Numbered from the stretch's first letter, positions 49,467 to 60,505 are shown. The stretch: 64,000 bases of DNA from Bacillota bacterium (GCA_021771915.1 JAETNY010000002.1:77825-141824); one strand, 5' to 3'. The notes: generated from the sequence alone by a model not told the origin. Numbers and translations are program-made.

Positions 49467-49609
49467 AAATCACCTCAAAATTAATATTAACTTATTAAAA
49501 GCATGTTAAAATAATTATATCATATTCAAGTCATAATAAATAGTAAAATCAGACAAAATAATAAAAAAATAAGACGACATAATTTTAAACACAATCTGGG
49601 AGGTAAATA

Positions 49610-51025
49610 ATGCATACACAGAACAGAGATTGGGAAAATGAACTTTTACATGAAGTCAGCCAGCATTATGCGCAGGCAGAAGCAACATTGCTGGAGTTTT
49701 TACGTATACCCTCTGTGCAGGAAGCAAGCATACCAGAGGCACCCTTTGGCGAGCCAGTGCGTCAGGCTTTGAGCCAAATGGCGGCTTGGGCTAAAGAATT
49801 GGGCTTGCAGGTTAATCAGACCAGCCACTATCTAACAATAGATTTAGGCGACGGCGCCAGCCCGGAGGCCGTCGGTATTCTGGCTCATGCCGATGTGGTG
49901 CCGTTTGGCGAGGGCTGGCATTTTGCGCCTACTGGTCAGCTAGTAGCTAACAAAATTTATGGACGCGGCGCGCTGGACGATAAAGGACCAGCGATAGCGA
50001 CACTCTTTGCCATGGCGGCTCTGCATCGCCTAAACGCCCCCTTAAACCGTCCGGTGCGTCTGATTATCGGTGGTAATGAAGAAAGCGGCTGTGAATGTAT
50101 CAAAAAATATGCTGCTGAAAATCAGCCGCCGGCTCTTGGTTTCTCGCCAGACGCCAATTTTCCGGTAATTTTTGCTGAAAAGGGTATTGCCATGTATCAC
50201 ATTACCCTGCCGGCTGTAACCGAAGAACAACGGCTGCTGACGCTGCAAGCCGGCACCGTAGTTAATGCCGTGCCCGGTAAGGCTGAAGCTGTGCTTAATT
50301 TAACTGCTGCCGATGTCAATCAAATACTGCAAAACAATTTTGACAGAGAGTTGGCAGCCGGTTGGCTTGAGGTGCAGCCGCTGCCAGAAGATACGTCTAA
50401 AATCACCTGTCTGGGTAAGGCTGCTCATGGCTCACAGCCAGACAAAGGACGCAACGCCGCGGCGCTGTTGCTGCATGTTTTAAGCAATTTGCCGCTTAAT
50501 GATGCAGAATTAAACGCCTGCCGCCAGCTGTATCAGCTTTTTGGCCATGATTATTGGGGCGAAGCCGCTGGTCTGGCCACAGCTGATGAAGTTTCTGGCC
50601 AACTGACGCTGAATTTGGGCGTATTAAAGTTGCAAGACAATGCTATTCAGATTGATTTGGATTTGCGTTATCCGGTTACGTCTGAATATAATGCAATATA
50701 TCAGCAGCTGACGAAAGTCTGCACCGCAAATGGTTGGCAGATACGGGAAAGTGAACATAAAGCGCCGCTTTATGTTCCGACTGACCAAAAACCGGTAACC
50801 ACACTGCTGGAACTTTACCGGGAATATGAACCGCAAACCCAGCCTATCTCCACCGGCGGCGGCACCTATTGTCGGGCGTTTGATAATTTTGTGGCGTTTG
50901 GACCGTTGCGCGCCGATATGGCTGATGTTATGCATCAGGCAGACGAATATATCACCAGGGAGGATTTTCAGTTTTTACAGCGTATTTATACCCAGGCTAT
51001 TTGGCGATTGGCCGGCGCCAAGTGA
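49610..51025 (+). CDS. pepV: M20 family dipeptidase (PepV / Sapep-type)
   Basis: 471 aa with HADVVP ... GRGALDDKG and a GGNEESG metal-binding region. Confidence 0.75.
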   Translation: MHTQNRDWENELLHEVSQHYAQAEATLLEFLRIPSVQEASIPEAPFGEPVRQALSQMAAWAKELGLQVNQTSHYLTIDLGDGASPEAVGILAHADVVPFGEGWHFAPTGQLVANKIYGRGALDDKGPAIATLFAMAALHRLNAPLNRPVRLIIGGNEESGCECIKKYAAENQPPALGFSPDANFPVIFAEKGIAMYHITLPAVTEEQRLLTLQAGTVVNAVPGKAEAVLNLTAADVNQILQNNFDRELAAGWLEVQPLPEDTSKITCLGKAAHGSQPDKGRNAAALLLHVLSNLPLNDAELNACRQLYQLFGHDYWGEAAGLATADEVSGQLTLNLGVLKLQDNAIQIDLDLRYPVTSEYNAIYQQLTKVCTANGWQIRESEHKAPLYVPTDQKPVTTLLELYREYEPQTQPISTGGGTYCRAFDNFVAFGPLRADMADVMHQADEYITREDFQFLQRIYTQAIWRLAGAK

Positions 51026-51230
51026 CACAAACCAGCAAAATCTACTAAAAACAAATTATTTTTTCGACAAAAACAAGCTTGCCATTTAATGGTTAAATGA
51101 AGTATAATATTAATAGGTAGAATTAAAAAAGTTTACGGAAAAATCCAAACCAAGGTTTAATACAAAAATGGAGGTCGGTTGTTTCTTTGAAAGTTTTTCT
51201 TGAAAAATATCTCAGAAAGGATTGATATTT

Positions 51231-51701
51231 ATGCAAATTGCCTTTTTTCTGACCACCAAAGCTGAAAGTTCTTATCTGCTGGAAACTGCCACCCTAAGGC
51301 AGGCTCTGGAAAAAATGGAGCATCATCATTTTGCTTCCATGCCAGTTTTAAACAGCGAGGGCTTTTATCTTTACACCCTGTTTTTGGAGGATTGTTTTTG
51401 GACATTTAAACACAATCCGGAACTCTGTTTTGCTGATACCGAGAAAATCATGATTAGTGAAATCCCGACTCACCGCAAGGTGGAGGCAGTAAATATCTCG
51501 GCTCAGCTTGACGAACTGATACCAAAAATTGTGGAACAGAATTTTATTCCTGTGATTGATGATTTAGGCGTATATATCGGCCTGATACGACGCAAGGCTA
51601 TTGTTGAATATTGTCGCCCACTGTTATTACAGGAATACAAAAAAAACAAACAACAAGAAAACAAATTTATATTGAAAGGCGTGCCTAATATGGCGCTTTA
51701 A
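51231..51701 (+). CDS. CBS domain pair protein (CbpB/YkuL-like)
   Basis: About 156 aa with two CBS-like repeats. ATG at 51231 with an AGAAAGGA RBS. Confidence 0.55.
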   Translation: MQIAFFLTTKAESSYLLETATLRQALEKMEHHHFASMPVLNSEGFYLYTLFLEDCFWTFKHNPELCFADTEKIMISEIPTHRKVEAVNISAQLDELIPKIVEQNFIPVIDDLGVYIGLIRRKAIVEYCRPLLLQEYKKNKQQENKFILKGVPNMAL

Positions 51702-51706
51702 AACAT

Positions 51707-52816
51707 ATGAAACCCATCAAAATTAGATTGTTTAACAATAATACACCCTTTAATAACAGCACGGCGGTTATTTTGCTTGCTTTGCTGGTGGTTATGCTTT
51801 GTGCTTTTAAGAGCTGTACCGCAGACAAACCGGAAACACCGCCGCAACCATCAACCGGGCAAATATATTTGTATGGGGAATTACATGGCAATGATAATAT
51901 TTATGCGGCCGAACTTGAACAATGGCAGTCTTATTATCAGGAGCAAAATATGCGCCACCTATTTGTGGAACTCCCCTACTATACCGCCGAGTTTCTTAAT
52001 CTTTGGTTGCAGGCAGACAATGACGATATCCTGAATGAGATTTATGAGGATTTGCAGGGTACGGTAACTTATGATACCAATGTGCGCGATTTTTATCGTC
52101 AGATTAAACAAACCTGCCCGGAAACTGTTTTTCATGGCACAGATTTAGGCCATCAATATAACAGCACCGGCCAGCGTTTCCTTGATTATTTGCAGGCGCA
52201 GGAACTGGAAGATACAGAAAAATGGCAGTTAGCGCAGGAATGTATTGCTCAGGGGCAACATTTTTATGAAAACAACAGTGATATGGATTATCGCGAGGAT
52301 ATGATGACGGAAAACTTTATCCGCGCTTTTGATAGTCTGGAAAATGCGGATATCATGGGAATTTATGGCGCTGCGCATACCTGGCTGGGCGATGAGGATA
52401 CCAACAACTGTATGGCCGACCGTTTGCAGAAACGCTATGGCGAAGCTGTGCAGAGTACAGATTTTACTTATCTGGCAATGACAGATATTGAGCCACTGCG
52501 CATGGATACGCTGACCATTGCCGGGCAGGAATTTCAGGCGGCCTATTTTGGAGAGCAGGATTTAACAGGTTTATTCCCGGAATATAAATGCCGCCGTTTC
52601 TGGCGTTTGGAAAACGCCTATGCTGTTTTCCAGAACTATCCAACCAATGATGATGTGCTGCCTTACAATAATTATCCAATGCTGGTGGAAACTGGCAATG
52701 TTTATGTGGTGGAATATGAAACCACCAACGGTGAAATCAGCCGGAACTATTACCGCGCTGACGGCAACACCTATCAGGGCATGCCCACCACCAATGGTGT
52801 TAACATTCCAGAATAA
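51707..52816 (+). CDS. secreted/membrane-anchored hypothetical protein, possibly Tiki/TraB/ChaN/erythromycin-esterase superfamily
   Basis: N-terminal signal or TM segment. GELHG and GAAHTW resemble the paired GxxH motifs of that superfamily. Tentative. Confidence 0.45.
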   Translation: MKPIKIRLFNNNTPFNNSTAVILLALLVVMLCAFKSCTADKPETPPQPSTGQIYLYGELHGNDNIYAAELEQWQSYYQEQNMRHLFVELPYYTAEFLNLWLQADNDDILNEIYEDLQGTVTYDTNVRDFYRQIKQTCPETVFHGTDLGHQYNSTGQRFLDYLQAQELEDTEKWQLAQECIAQGQHFYENNSDMDYREDMMTENFIRAFDSLENADIMGIYGAAHTWLGDEDTNNCMADRLQKRYGEAVQSTDFTYLAMTDIEPLRMDTLTIAGQEFQAAYFGEQDLTGLFPEYKCRRFWRLENAYAVFQNYPTNDDVLPYNNYPMLVETGNVYVVEYETTNGEISRNYYRADGNTYQGMPTTNGVNIPE

Positions 52817-52833
52817 AAAACAATGAAGAAACT

Positions 52834-52866
52834 AAAAAAAGTCCCCGAATGGGGACTTTTAGTTTA
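52834..52866. terminator. bidirectional terminator
   Basis: AAAAGTCCCC-GAAT-GGGGACTTTT followed by a T-run. Confidence 0.65.
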
Positions 52867-52870
52867 CATT

Positions 52871-54118
52871 TTAAACCAGCTGCGGCAGTGTGGAACCGCC
52901 ATATGGCATAGCCAAAACCTTGGCGTCCGCTCCCAGCTTGGCAAACGCCGCGTCTAAAGCAGCCTGCGCACTGGCAAAAGGAGTCAGAAAACATTTTTTA
53001 GTCAATTCCTCCGGCATTTCCGATACCAGATAAACGTCAGCATTAGCCAAAACCATCGCAATAGCCGCCGCCTTATGCCCACCCAGCTTGAAATCCGCCT
53101 GCACGCGGTCAATCAAATCCTGCGGCTTGTTGGCCTCCTCAATCCAGTTCTGGAAAGTTTTCTCGCCCAAGCCCTCTTTACAGGAACCAATCAGAATTAT
53201 CACGCCGCCCTCGCGCACCGCATGTTTGGCATTATCCAAAGCCTTTTGCGTCTGATATAAATTCAAATCCTTAGGCGCTCCGCCCTGGCTTACCAGCACA
53301 ATATCCGCTTTCTGCTTAATTTCCTTGCGATACAGCGTATCCAAAAACGCACAACCGGCCCTATGCGCCTGCGTAACATCACCGGCCACCGCTTTAATAA
53401 TCTGTTTGTGCTCGTCCAACACCACATTTACAATATAATCAATGCCGCAAATAGCCGCCGCTTCTTCAATATCCTCACGGATTGGGTTACCGGCCAACCG
53501 TCCGGCATGCGCCTCCGGCTGTACCATCATGGAATGATTAACCTGAATAGCCGTCCGGTTGGAAACTCCCGGCATAATTGACTTGGCGCCGCCGGAATAA
53601 CCGGCAAAATAATGATATTCAATATTAGCCAGACAAATACGCTTATCCGCCTCCGCCACCACGCGTGTGATGTCCACCGGCGTGCCATGCTTGGTTGCCC
53701 CCATATTGATGCAGTCTTCCGGGTCAGAGTCTACGCATTTAATTTCATTATAAGCCATATCACCGGCCAGATGCTGCATTTCCTCCGGCGTATGATGACG
53801 ATGTGAACCAAGTGCAAAAACCAGCGTGATATCCTGCTTTTGCACACCAGCCGCATAAAGCCTCTTTAACAGTGCCGGCATAATCTGCCAGGTTGGGCAA
53901 GGTCTGGTAATATCAGAGGTAACAATGGCAATTTTTTCACCTGGCTTAACAACCTCCCCCAGTTCCGGCGCACCAATAGGCTCTGCCAAAGCACGCTCCA
54001 CCTCTGCTTCACCGGTCAGGTCATACTCCACTGCGTTGGCCGTTAACACACCCAACAAATTTTCTTCCGGCAATTCAACAGCCTGTATTCCGCTGCCAAA
54101 TCCAAATTCCAGTTTCAT
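52871..54118 (-). CDS. larA: nickel-dependent lactate racemase
   Basis: About 415 aa LarA/DUF2088 family protein (KLEFGFGSG start region and conserved His/Lys sites). Confidence 0.7.
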   Translation of the reverse strand: MKLEFGFGSGIQAVELPEENLLGVLTANAVEYDLTGEAEVERALAEPIGAPELGEVVKPGEKIAIVTSDITRPCPTWQIMPALLKRLYAAGVQKQDITLVFALGSHRHHTPEEMQHLAGDMAYNEIKCVDSDPEDCINMGATKHGTPVDITRVVAEADKRICLANIEYHYFAGYSGGAKSIMPGVSNRTAIQVNHSMMVQPEAHAGRLAGNPIREDIEEAAAICGIDYIVNVVLDEHKQIIKAVAGDVTQAHRAGCAFLDTLYRKEIKQKADIVLVSQGGAPKDLNLYQTQKALDNAKHAVREGGVIILIGSCKEGLGEKTFQNWIEEANKPQDLIDRVQADFKLGGHKAAAIAMVLANADVYLVSEMPEELTKKCFLTPFASAQAALDAAFAKLGADAKVLAMPYGGSTLPQLV

Positions 54119-54413
54119 AATTGTCATACCTCCTAATTAATAATTATATTTATCAGTATTTTTACACTGCATTGCACTATAAAATAAACTGCGATAACCC
54201 CATACAGGCGGCCAGGTATAAACAGCAATATTATTGCTGTTGTTTGCCGCCGTTCCTTAAGCCCAAACATCTATATAAGCCAATAATATCATATTTTTCC
54301 AGCAATTGCAATCAAAATATTCATTTAGCCCGACAAAGAAAAAAAACCTTTTTAATATTTGACTTGCAACTCAAAAATATGTATAATATTTTTAGGAAAG
54401 GAGATGGTAAATA

Positions 54414-54521
54414 ATGTATGAATTATTACGTTCATCAGTAGATATTATTTTTTATGTTTTGGCCGCAGTAGTTATCATCGGCGCAGTAATCAAACTCAGT
54501 AAAAATAAGAAAAACAAATAA
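54414..54521 (+). CDS. small hydrophobic peptide ORF (35 aa: MYELLRSSVDIIFYVLAAVVIIGAVIKLSKNKKNK)
   Basis: GGAGATGG lies upstream. It has one TM helix plus a basic tail, and a terminator follows. Unverified. Confidence 0.2.
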   Translation: MYELLRSSVDIIFYVLAAVVIIGAVIKLSKNKKNK

Positions 54522-54547
54522 TCTTTAATCCATAATCGTACAGCAAA

Positions 54548-54580
54548 AAAGGACGAACCAATAAGGTTCGCCCTTTTTAT
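54548..54580. terminator. terminator hairpin (main terminator for the rubrerythrin gene on the minus strand)
   Basis: AAGGACGAACC / GGTTCGCCCTT with one mismatch and six T on the minus strand. Confidence 0.55.
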
Positions 54581-54597
54581 TATGTGTAAAATATTTA

Positions 54598-55152
54598 TTA
54601 TTTGCTGAAATAATGTTTCAACAGACCGCGGAAACCAGCGCCATGACGAGCCTCGTCTTTAGCCATTTCATGTACGGTATCATGGATAGCGTCCAGACCC
54701 AACTCTTTAGCTTTAGCAGCCAGTTGCAGCTTGCCAGCGCAAGCGCCATGTTCAGCCTCAGCGCGCATCTTAACATTAGTTTCGGTGGAGTTGGTTACAA
54801 CCTCGCCCAGCAATTCTGCAAATTTAGCAGCATGCTCGGCTTCTTCCATAGCATAAAGTTCAAAAGCGCGGCCAATTTCCGGATAGCCCTCGCGATGAGC
54901 CTGTCTAGCCATTGCCAGATACATGCCAACCTCAGTACATTCACCCATGAAATTATCTTTCAAGCCAGAGATGATATCAGCCGGAGCGTCTTTAGCCACG
55001 CCAATAACATGCTCGCAGGCAAACGGAGCGTCAGCTTCAGCAGCCTGTTCGGTGAACTTTCCAGCCGGAGCACCGCACTGTGGGCATTTTTCTGGTGCTT
55101 CAGTACCTTCATAAACATATCCGCAAACTGTGCAAACAAATTTCTTTTTCAT
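54598..55152 (-). CDS. reverse rubrerythrin (N-terminal rubredoxin-like domain + C-terminal diiron ferritin-like domain)
   Basis: CTVCG ... CPQCG (rubredoxin Cys4) at the N-terminus, then an EAEHAAKF/ExxH diiron four-helix bundle. GGAGG RBS. Confidence 0.8.
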   Translation of the reverse strand: MKKKFVCTVCGYVYEGTEAPEKCPQCGAPAGKFTEQAAEADAPFACEHVIGVAKDAPADIISGLKDNFMGECTEVGMYLAMARQAHREGYPEIGRAFELYAMEEAEHAAKFAELLGEVVTNSTETNVKMRAEAEHGACAGKLQLAAKAKELGLDAIHDTVHEMAKDEARHGAGFRGLLKHYFSK

Positions 55153-55341
55153 GTTTTAATTCCTCCAATTTTCAAAAAAAAAATTTAGGCTTAATAAGAA
55201 CCGTTTACTATTAATAACAATTCTCATTAAATTAATATTATTATACCAATTATGCATAAGCTTTGTCAATATTTTTCCGGTAATTTCCAGCAATAATTTT
55301 TATGATATTTATTTTTCTTAAAGCAAAAATTTCAATAACGC

Positions 55342-55370
55342 TTGCGATTAACGCCCAATTACTATATAAT
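55342..55370 (+). promoter_or_regulatory. sigma-A promoter for purL
   Basis: TTGCGA, a 17-bp spacer, then TATAAT at 55365-70. Confidence 0.45.
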
Positions 55371-55435
55371 AATAAAAGTAAAACCGCTTGAACAAAACAA
55401 GCCGCAAGCTTGGGTATTAAATAAGGAGAAAGATT

Positions 55436-58400
55436 ATGAGTACAAACAAGGTTTATCGTATTTATGTCGAAAAAAAGCCAGAATTTAGCCGTACACGCCC
55501 CATGCTGGAAAATATCCGCGGTTATCTGCAAATCAGCGGCCTGCAAAGTATCCGCATTTTGGAGCGCTACGACGTACAAGGTATTGACGACGCCACCTTT
55601 CAGGCAGCCTCTGTCAGCATTTTTGCCGAACCGCCGGTAGACAACACCTATACCGCATTGCCGCAGGTACCCGGCGCACATATTTTCGCCAGCGAATATC
55701 TGCCCGGCCAATATGACCAGCGCGCTGACTCATGCAGTCAATCCATTCAGCTGCTGACGCAGAAAGAGCGGCCTCTGGTACGTTATGCCCGGGTTTACAT
55801 CTTGCAGGGCGATTTATCCACTCAGGATATCGAACTGATTAAAGCCAGCTACATCAACCCAGTGGAAGCGCGTGAAGCCACATTGGACGAGCATACCACC
55901 CTGCAAGAAGAATATCCCGAGCCGCAGTCTGTGGCCGTTATGCAGGGTTTTCGGCAAATGGACAAGCAGGCGTTGGAGAAAATGCGCCAGGATTTGGGCC
56001 TGGCTATGGATTTTGACGATATCGCTTTTTGTCAGCAGTATTTTCAGCAGGAGGATAAAGACCCCACCCTCACTGAAATCCGCCTGATTGATACCTATTG
56101 GTCTGACCATTGCCGCCACACCACCTTTTTAACCACTTTGCAGGAGCCGCAAATTGAAGCTGATTATATCCGCGCCTCTTATAACAAATATCTGCAAATC
56201 AAGCAGGATTTGGGCCGGGCAGAAAAACCGGTCTGCCTGATGGATATTGCCACCGTGGCCGCACGCTGGCTGAAGAAACAGGGCAAACTTCAGGATTTGG
56301 ACGAATCCGAGGAGGTCAATGCCTGCTCAGTGCGCGTTCAGGCGCAAATTAACGGTCAGCCAGAGGACTGGCTGCTGATGTTCAAAAATGAAACCCACAA
56401 TCACCCCACCGAAATTGAGCCTTTCGGCGGGGCGGCCACCTGTCTGGGCGGCGCAATCCGCGACCCTCTTTCCGGCCGGGTTTATGTCTATCAGGCCATG
56501 CGCATCACCGGCGCCGCCAACCCCTTAACCGCACTTTCCCAAACTCTGCCCGGCAAGCTGCCCCAGAAAAAACTGGTAACCACGGCCGCCGCCGGCTACT
56601 CCTCCTATGGCAACCAGATTGGTCTGGCAACTGGTCTTGTACAGGAGATTTATCACCCCGGTTATGTCGCCAAGCGCATGGAAATCGGCGCGGTGGTTGG
56701 CGCTGCACCAGCCGCCAATGTGATACGTGAACGCCCTCAGCCTGGTGATATTATTCTGCTTTTGGGCGGCTCCACCGGCCGCGACGGCTGCGGCGGCGCC
56801 ACCGGCTCCAGTAAAAGCCACACGGCCGCCAGCCTGACCAGCTGTGGCGCGGAGGTGCAAAAAGGCAATCCGCTGGAGGAACGCAAATTACAACGCCTTT
56901 TCCGCAACCCGGAAGTTACCCGGCTGATTAAACGCTGCAACGATTTTGGCGCTGGCGGCGTAAGCGTAGCCATTGGCGAATTGGCAGACGGTCTGCAAAT
57001 TAATTTAGATAAAGTGCCAAAAAAATACGATGGACTGGACGGCACAGAATTGGCCATTTCCGAATCCCAGGAACGTATGGCAGTGGTTATTGCCGCTAAG
57101 GACGAGCAACAGTTTCTGGCGGCCGCGCTGGCGGAAAACCTGCAAGCTGTGCGCGTGGCCGAGGTTGTGACCGAACCGCGCATGCGCATGACCTGGCGCG
57201 GCGAAACCATTGTTGACCTCTCACGTGAATTTCTGAACTCCAACGGCGCGCCCAAACAAACCGCCGCCGCTATTGCTGCACCAGATTTGCAGCAGATTAG
57301 CTACCGTTTCCCCACCCAGGGCGGCAACTATAAAGAGCAGCTTTGTAACTGTCTGGCCGACCTCAACGTCTGCTCCCAAAAGGGTCTGGTTGAGGAATTT
57401 GACAGCACTATCGGCGCCGGCACCGTCACCATGCCTTATGGCGGTAAATATCAGCTTACGCCCACACCCTATATGGCGGCTAAACTGCCGGTTTTGCGGG
57501 GCGAAACCGATACGGCTTCAGTTATGAGTTGGGGCTTTGACCCCTATCTTTCCGCGGCCAGCCCATATCATGGCGCAATGCTGGCCGTGATAACCTCCGC
57601 CGCCAGACTGGCCGCGGCCGGTTTGGATTATCGCCGCCTGTGGCTGACTTTTCAGGAATATTTTGCCAAGCTGGGGCAACAGCCAGAGCGCTGGGGTCAG
57701 CCCTTGGCCGCTTTGCTGGGGGCGCTTGAGGCGCAGCTGGAACTTGGCGTTGCCGCAATCGGCGGCAAAGACAGCATGTCCGGCTCCTTTGAGCAGATTG
57801 ATGTGCCGCCCACGCTGGTCAGCTTTGCTATCGGCGTGCAGCAGGCGCCTGATATCATCACCCCGGAATTTAAGCAGACCGAAAGCCAAGTTTATTTGCT
57901 CCGTCCCCAGTATAATGAGCCAAAACTGCCCGATTTCGACTCACTGCGCAAGCTGTTAAACCAGACTTTTCAGCTTGCCCAAAGCGGCAAACTGCTATCC
58001 GCCTGCGCGCTGGGCTTTGGCGGCACAGCCGAGGCCATTGCCAAAATGTGCTTTGGCAATAAGCTGGGATTTGCCTTTGCGCCTGAATTTATCACTAATG
58101 AAGATATTTTTGCCCAGCATTGGGGCGCTATTCTGCTGGAACTGCCGACAGATGAGCCGCAGCCGGAAAATGCGCTGCTGGTTGGCGTAACCCAGAACAT
58201 ACCGCAAATCCAGATTGCAGATGAAGAAATTGCCCTGGAGGAATTATTAAACGCCTGGCAGAGAACGCTGGAGCCGGTTTATCCCACTCAGGCCGCCGCA
58301 GACGAAAATGCCGGACAGCCGCAGCTTTATAGCTACACTAAGCGCGCTCAAATTGGCGCCCCGGCCAAAGCTGCCCAGCCGCGTGTTCTGCTGCCCATGT

Positions 58401-59176
58401 TCCCCGGCACCAACTGTGAATATGATACAGCCCGGCAATTTACCAAATATGGCGCTCAGGCAGAAACCTGCATTATCGCCAACCTGACTCCGGCGCTGGT
58501 GGAGGACTCCGTGCAGCGTCTGACCGCAGCCATTAAACAAAGCCAGATTATCATGCTGCCGGGCGGTTTTTCCGGCGGTGATGAACCCGACGGCAGTGGC
58601 AAGTTTATAGCCACTTTCTTCCGCAATCCCCGTATTTGCGAAGCTGTCATGGAATTTTTGCAGCAACGCGGCGGTTTAATGTTAGGCATTTGCAATGGTT
58701 TTCAGGCATTGGTTAAGCTGGGGCTGCTGCCTTATGGCGAGATACGAAACATGACAGACAACAGCCCGACCCTAACCTATAACAATATCGGCCGCCACCA
58801 GAGTATGTTGGTTAATACGCGTATTGCCAGCGTTAAATCGCCCTGGCTGGCCTATACCGAGGTGGGCGATATTCACGCTATCCCCATTTCGCATGGTGAG
58901 GGCAAATTTGTCGCCAACGCCGCCGATTTGGAGCGTATGGCCGCCAACGGCCAAATCTGTACCCAATATGTCAACCTTGAGGGTCAGCCCACCCTGCAAA
59001 CACCCTTTAATCCCAATGCCTCTGTGCAGGCTATCGAGGGTATTTGCAGCCCGGACGGACGTATCTTCGGCAAAATGGGACACAGCGAGCGCGTTGGCAG
59101 TTTTGTGCATAAAAACGTACCCGGCGCTAAAGAACAGTTGCTATTCAAGGCCGGCGTTGACTATTTCCGTCTGTAA
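55436..59176 (+). CDS. purL: phosphoribosylformylglycinamidine synthase, single-chain large form
   Basis: 1246 aa with an N-terminal PurS-like domain, an FGAM synthetase domain and a C-terminal type I glutamine amidotransferase domain (GICNGFQ catalytic Cys). Confidence 0.9.
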   Translation: MSTNKVYRIYVEKKPEFSRTRPMLENIRGYLQISGLQSIRILERYDVQGIDDATFQAASVSIFAEPPVDNTYTALPQVPGAHIFASEYLPGQYDQRADSCSQSIQLLTQKERPLVRYARVYILQGDLSTQDIELIKASYINPVEAREATLDEHTTLQEEYPEPQSVAVMQGFRQMDKQALEKMRQDLGLAMDFDDIAFCQQYFQQEDKDPTLTEIRLIDTYWSDHCRHTTFLTTLQEPQIEADYIRASYNKYLQIKQDLGRAEKPVCLMDIATVAARWLKKQGKLQDLDESEEVNACSVRVQAQINGQPEDWLLMFKNETHNHPTEIEPFGGAATCLGGAIRDPLSGRVYVYQAMRITGAANPLTALSQTLPGKLPQKKLVTTAAAGYSSYGNQIGLATGLVQEIYHPGYVAKRMEIGAVVGAAPAANVIRERPQPGDIILLLGGSTGRDGCGGATGSSKSHTAASLTSCGAEVQKGNPLEERKLQRLFRNPEVTRLIKRCNDFGAGGVSVAIGELADGLQINLDKVPKKYDGLDGTELAISESQERMAVVIAAKDEQQFLAAALAENLQAVRVAEVVTEPRMRMTWRGETIVDLSREFLNSNGAPKQTAAAIAAPDLQQISYRFPTQGGNYKEQLCNCLADLNVCSQKGLVEEFDSTIGAGTVTMPYGGKYQLTPTPYMAAKLPVLRGETDTASVMSWGFDPYLSAASPYHGAMLAVITSAARLAAAGLDYRRLWLTFQEYFAKLGQQPERWGQPLAALLGALEAQLELGVAAIGGKDSMSGSFEQIDVPPTLVSFAIGVQQAPDIITPEFKQTESQVYLLRPQYNEPKLPDFDSLRKLLNQTFQLAQSGKLLSACALGFGGTAEAIAKMCFGNKLGFAFAPEFITNEDIFAQHWGAILLELPTDEPQPENALLVGVTQNIPQIQIADEEIALEELLNAWQRTLEPVYPTQAAADENAGQPQLYSYTKRAQIGAPAKAAQPRVLLPMFPGTNCEYDTARQFTKYGAQAETCIIANLTPALVEDSVQRLTAAIKQSQIIMLPGGFSGGDEPDGSGKFIATFFRNPRICEAVMEFLQQRGGLMLGICNGFQALVKLGLLPYGEIRNMTDNSPTLTYNNIGRHQSMLVNTRIASVKSPWLAYTEVGDIHAIPISHGEGKFVANAADLERMAANGQICTQYVNLEGQPTLQTPFNPNASVQAIEGICSPDGRIFGKMGHSERVGSFVHKNVPGAKEQLLFKAGVDYFRL

Positions 59177-59250
59177 CATCAGTTTGTGCAAAAATTTTTC
59201 TTGACTTTTCTGTTAAAAAAGTGCTAAAATAATTACGTTGAGTAGCACAG

Positions 59251-59294
59251 AAAATGCGTAAGTCCAAACAGTGGCTTACGCATTTTTTTTGTTT
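59251..59294 (+). terminator. rho-independent terminator after purL
   Basis: A 12-bp stem AAAATGCGTAAG / CTTACGCATTTT followed by TTTTTTTT. Confidence 0.65.
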
Positions 59295-59326
59295 TGCTCC
59301 ACAATTTTAACAAAGGAGTGAAGATT

Positions 59327-60505
59327 TTGACGCAAAAAAAATGGTCCCAACGCAATTTAGCCGTAACGATTTTGTCGCTGTCGCTGTTAACGGTTATGGC
59401 TGGCGCGGCAATGGCCCCGGCATTAAGTACAATTCAGGCGCATTTTACCGACACCAACCGTTTGCTTATTCAAATGATTATCGGTGTGCCGCCGCTGTTC
59501 ATTATCATTTTTAACTGCATTTTTCCCTGGCTATGCCAGCGATTTAACAACCGCACCCTGGTGCTTAGCGGTCTGTTGCTGTATATCGTTGGCGGCTGTG
59601 CGGCCGGACTTTTCAACAACATTTATCTCATTTTGGTCACTCGCGCGCTGGTAGGCGTTGGCGTGGGTATCATCATGCCATTTTCCACTGGCCTGCTGGC
59701 CTATTACTTTTCGGCGGACAAGCAAACCCGGCTGATGGGCTATTCATCAGCTATGAACCAAATGGGCGGCGTTATAGCCACGCTTTTGGCCGGTTTGCTG
59801 GCTAATATCAGCTGGCGTGTCAGCTTTCTGATCTATATGATGGGACTGCTCAGCATGGTTTTATGCCTGATATATCTGCCTGGCGACCAGATGAAACAGC
59901 CCACCAATGCAAAAAAAGCCTCCCGAGGTCAGATTTGGCAGACTTACCGCCTTTACATTATTGCCATTTTTCTGTTAATGTCCACATTTTTCGTTTATCC
60001 GGCCAATTTCAGCTTTATTACTCTGGCCGACGGTATTATTGCACCAAAGTACATCGCACTGATTATGGCCTTTATGGATTTAATCGCCTTTTTCGGCGGT
60101 CTGCTTTCCTATCAGGCGCGCAGTATTTTTCGGCAGTATACCAAATTCCTGGCGCCCCTCTGCTTTTTGCTTGGTTATCTGTTTTTGACCATACACAGCA
60201 GTCTGTTCAGCGTGCTGGTCGGCTCAGTTCTGGTGGGCTTCGCCAACGGCGCGAGTATCCCCTACATTTTTTCCGAAGTTTCTTTCAAGGCCGGCAAAAC
60301 TGCGGCCACCACCGTCATGCCCCTGCTTTCTGCGGCCATGTATCTGGCTCAATTTATCTCGCCTATGCTGATGTCAGTCATTCAAAGCATTTTTGGCAGC
60401 TTCGGCGGCGTACACCTGCCCTACTGCTTCGGCGTAGTGCTGGCACTACTTTTCTGTATCTGCTCCGGGCTGCTGCCTAAACAGACAACCAGCGCAAATC
60501 ATTAA
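59327..60505 (+). CDS. MFS transporter
   Basis: About 392 aa with 12 predicted TM segments. The start is probably a TTG at 59327, 8 nt after AAGGAG. The track start at 59294 lies inside the purL terminator T-run. Confidence 0.7.
   Translation: MTQKKWSQRNLAVTILSLSLLTVMAGAAMAPALSTIQAHFTDTNRLLIQMIIGVPPLFIIIFNCIFPWLCQRFNNRTLVLSGLLLYIVGGCAAGLFNNIYLILVTRALVGVGVGIIMPFSTGLLAYYFSADKQTRLMGYSSAMNQMGGVIATLLAGLLANISWRVSFLIYMMGLLSMVLCLIYLPGDQMKQPTNAKKASRGQIWQTYRLYIIAIFLLMSTFFVYPANFSFITLADGIIAPKYIALIMAFMDLIAFFGGLLSYQARSIFRQYTKFLAPLCFLLGYLFLTIHSSLFSVLVGSVLVGFANGASIPYIFSEVSFKAGKTAATTVMPLLSAAMYLAQFISPMLMSVIQSIFGSFGGVHLPYCFGVVLALLFCICSGLLPKQTTSANH

Noticed and set aside
55153-55435. Purine or ZTP (pfl) riboswitch upstream of purL
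   Set aside because: Neither the guanine-riboswitch core nor the ZTP GGGTCGTGAC/CCGCCTGGGCA elements are present; there is only a loose CCGC...GCTTGGG resemblance. The region contains a consensus promoter and a plain leader.
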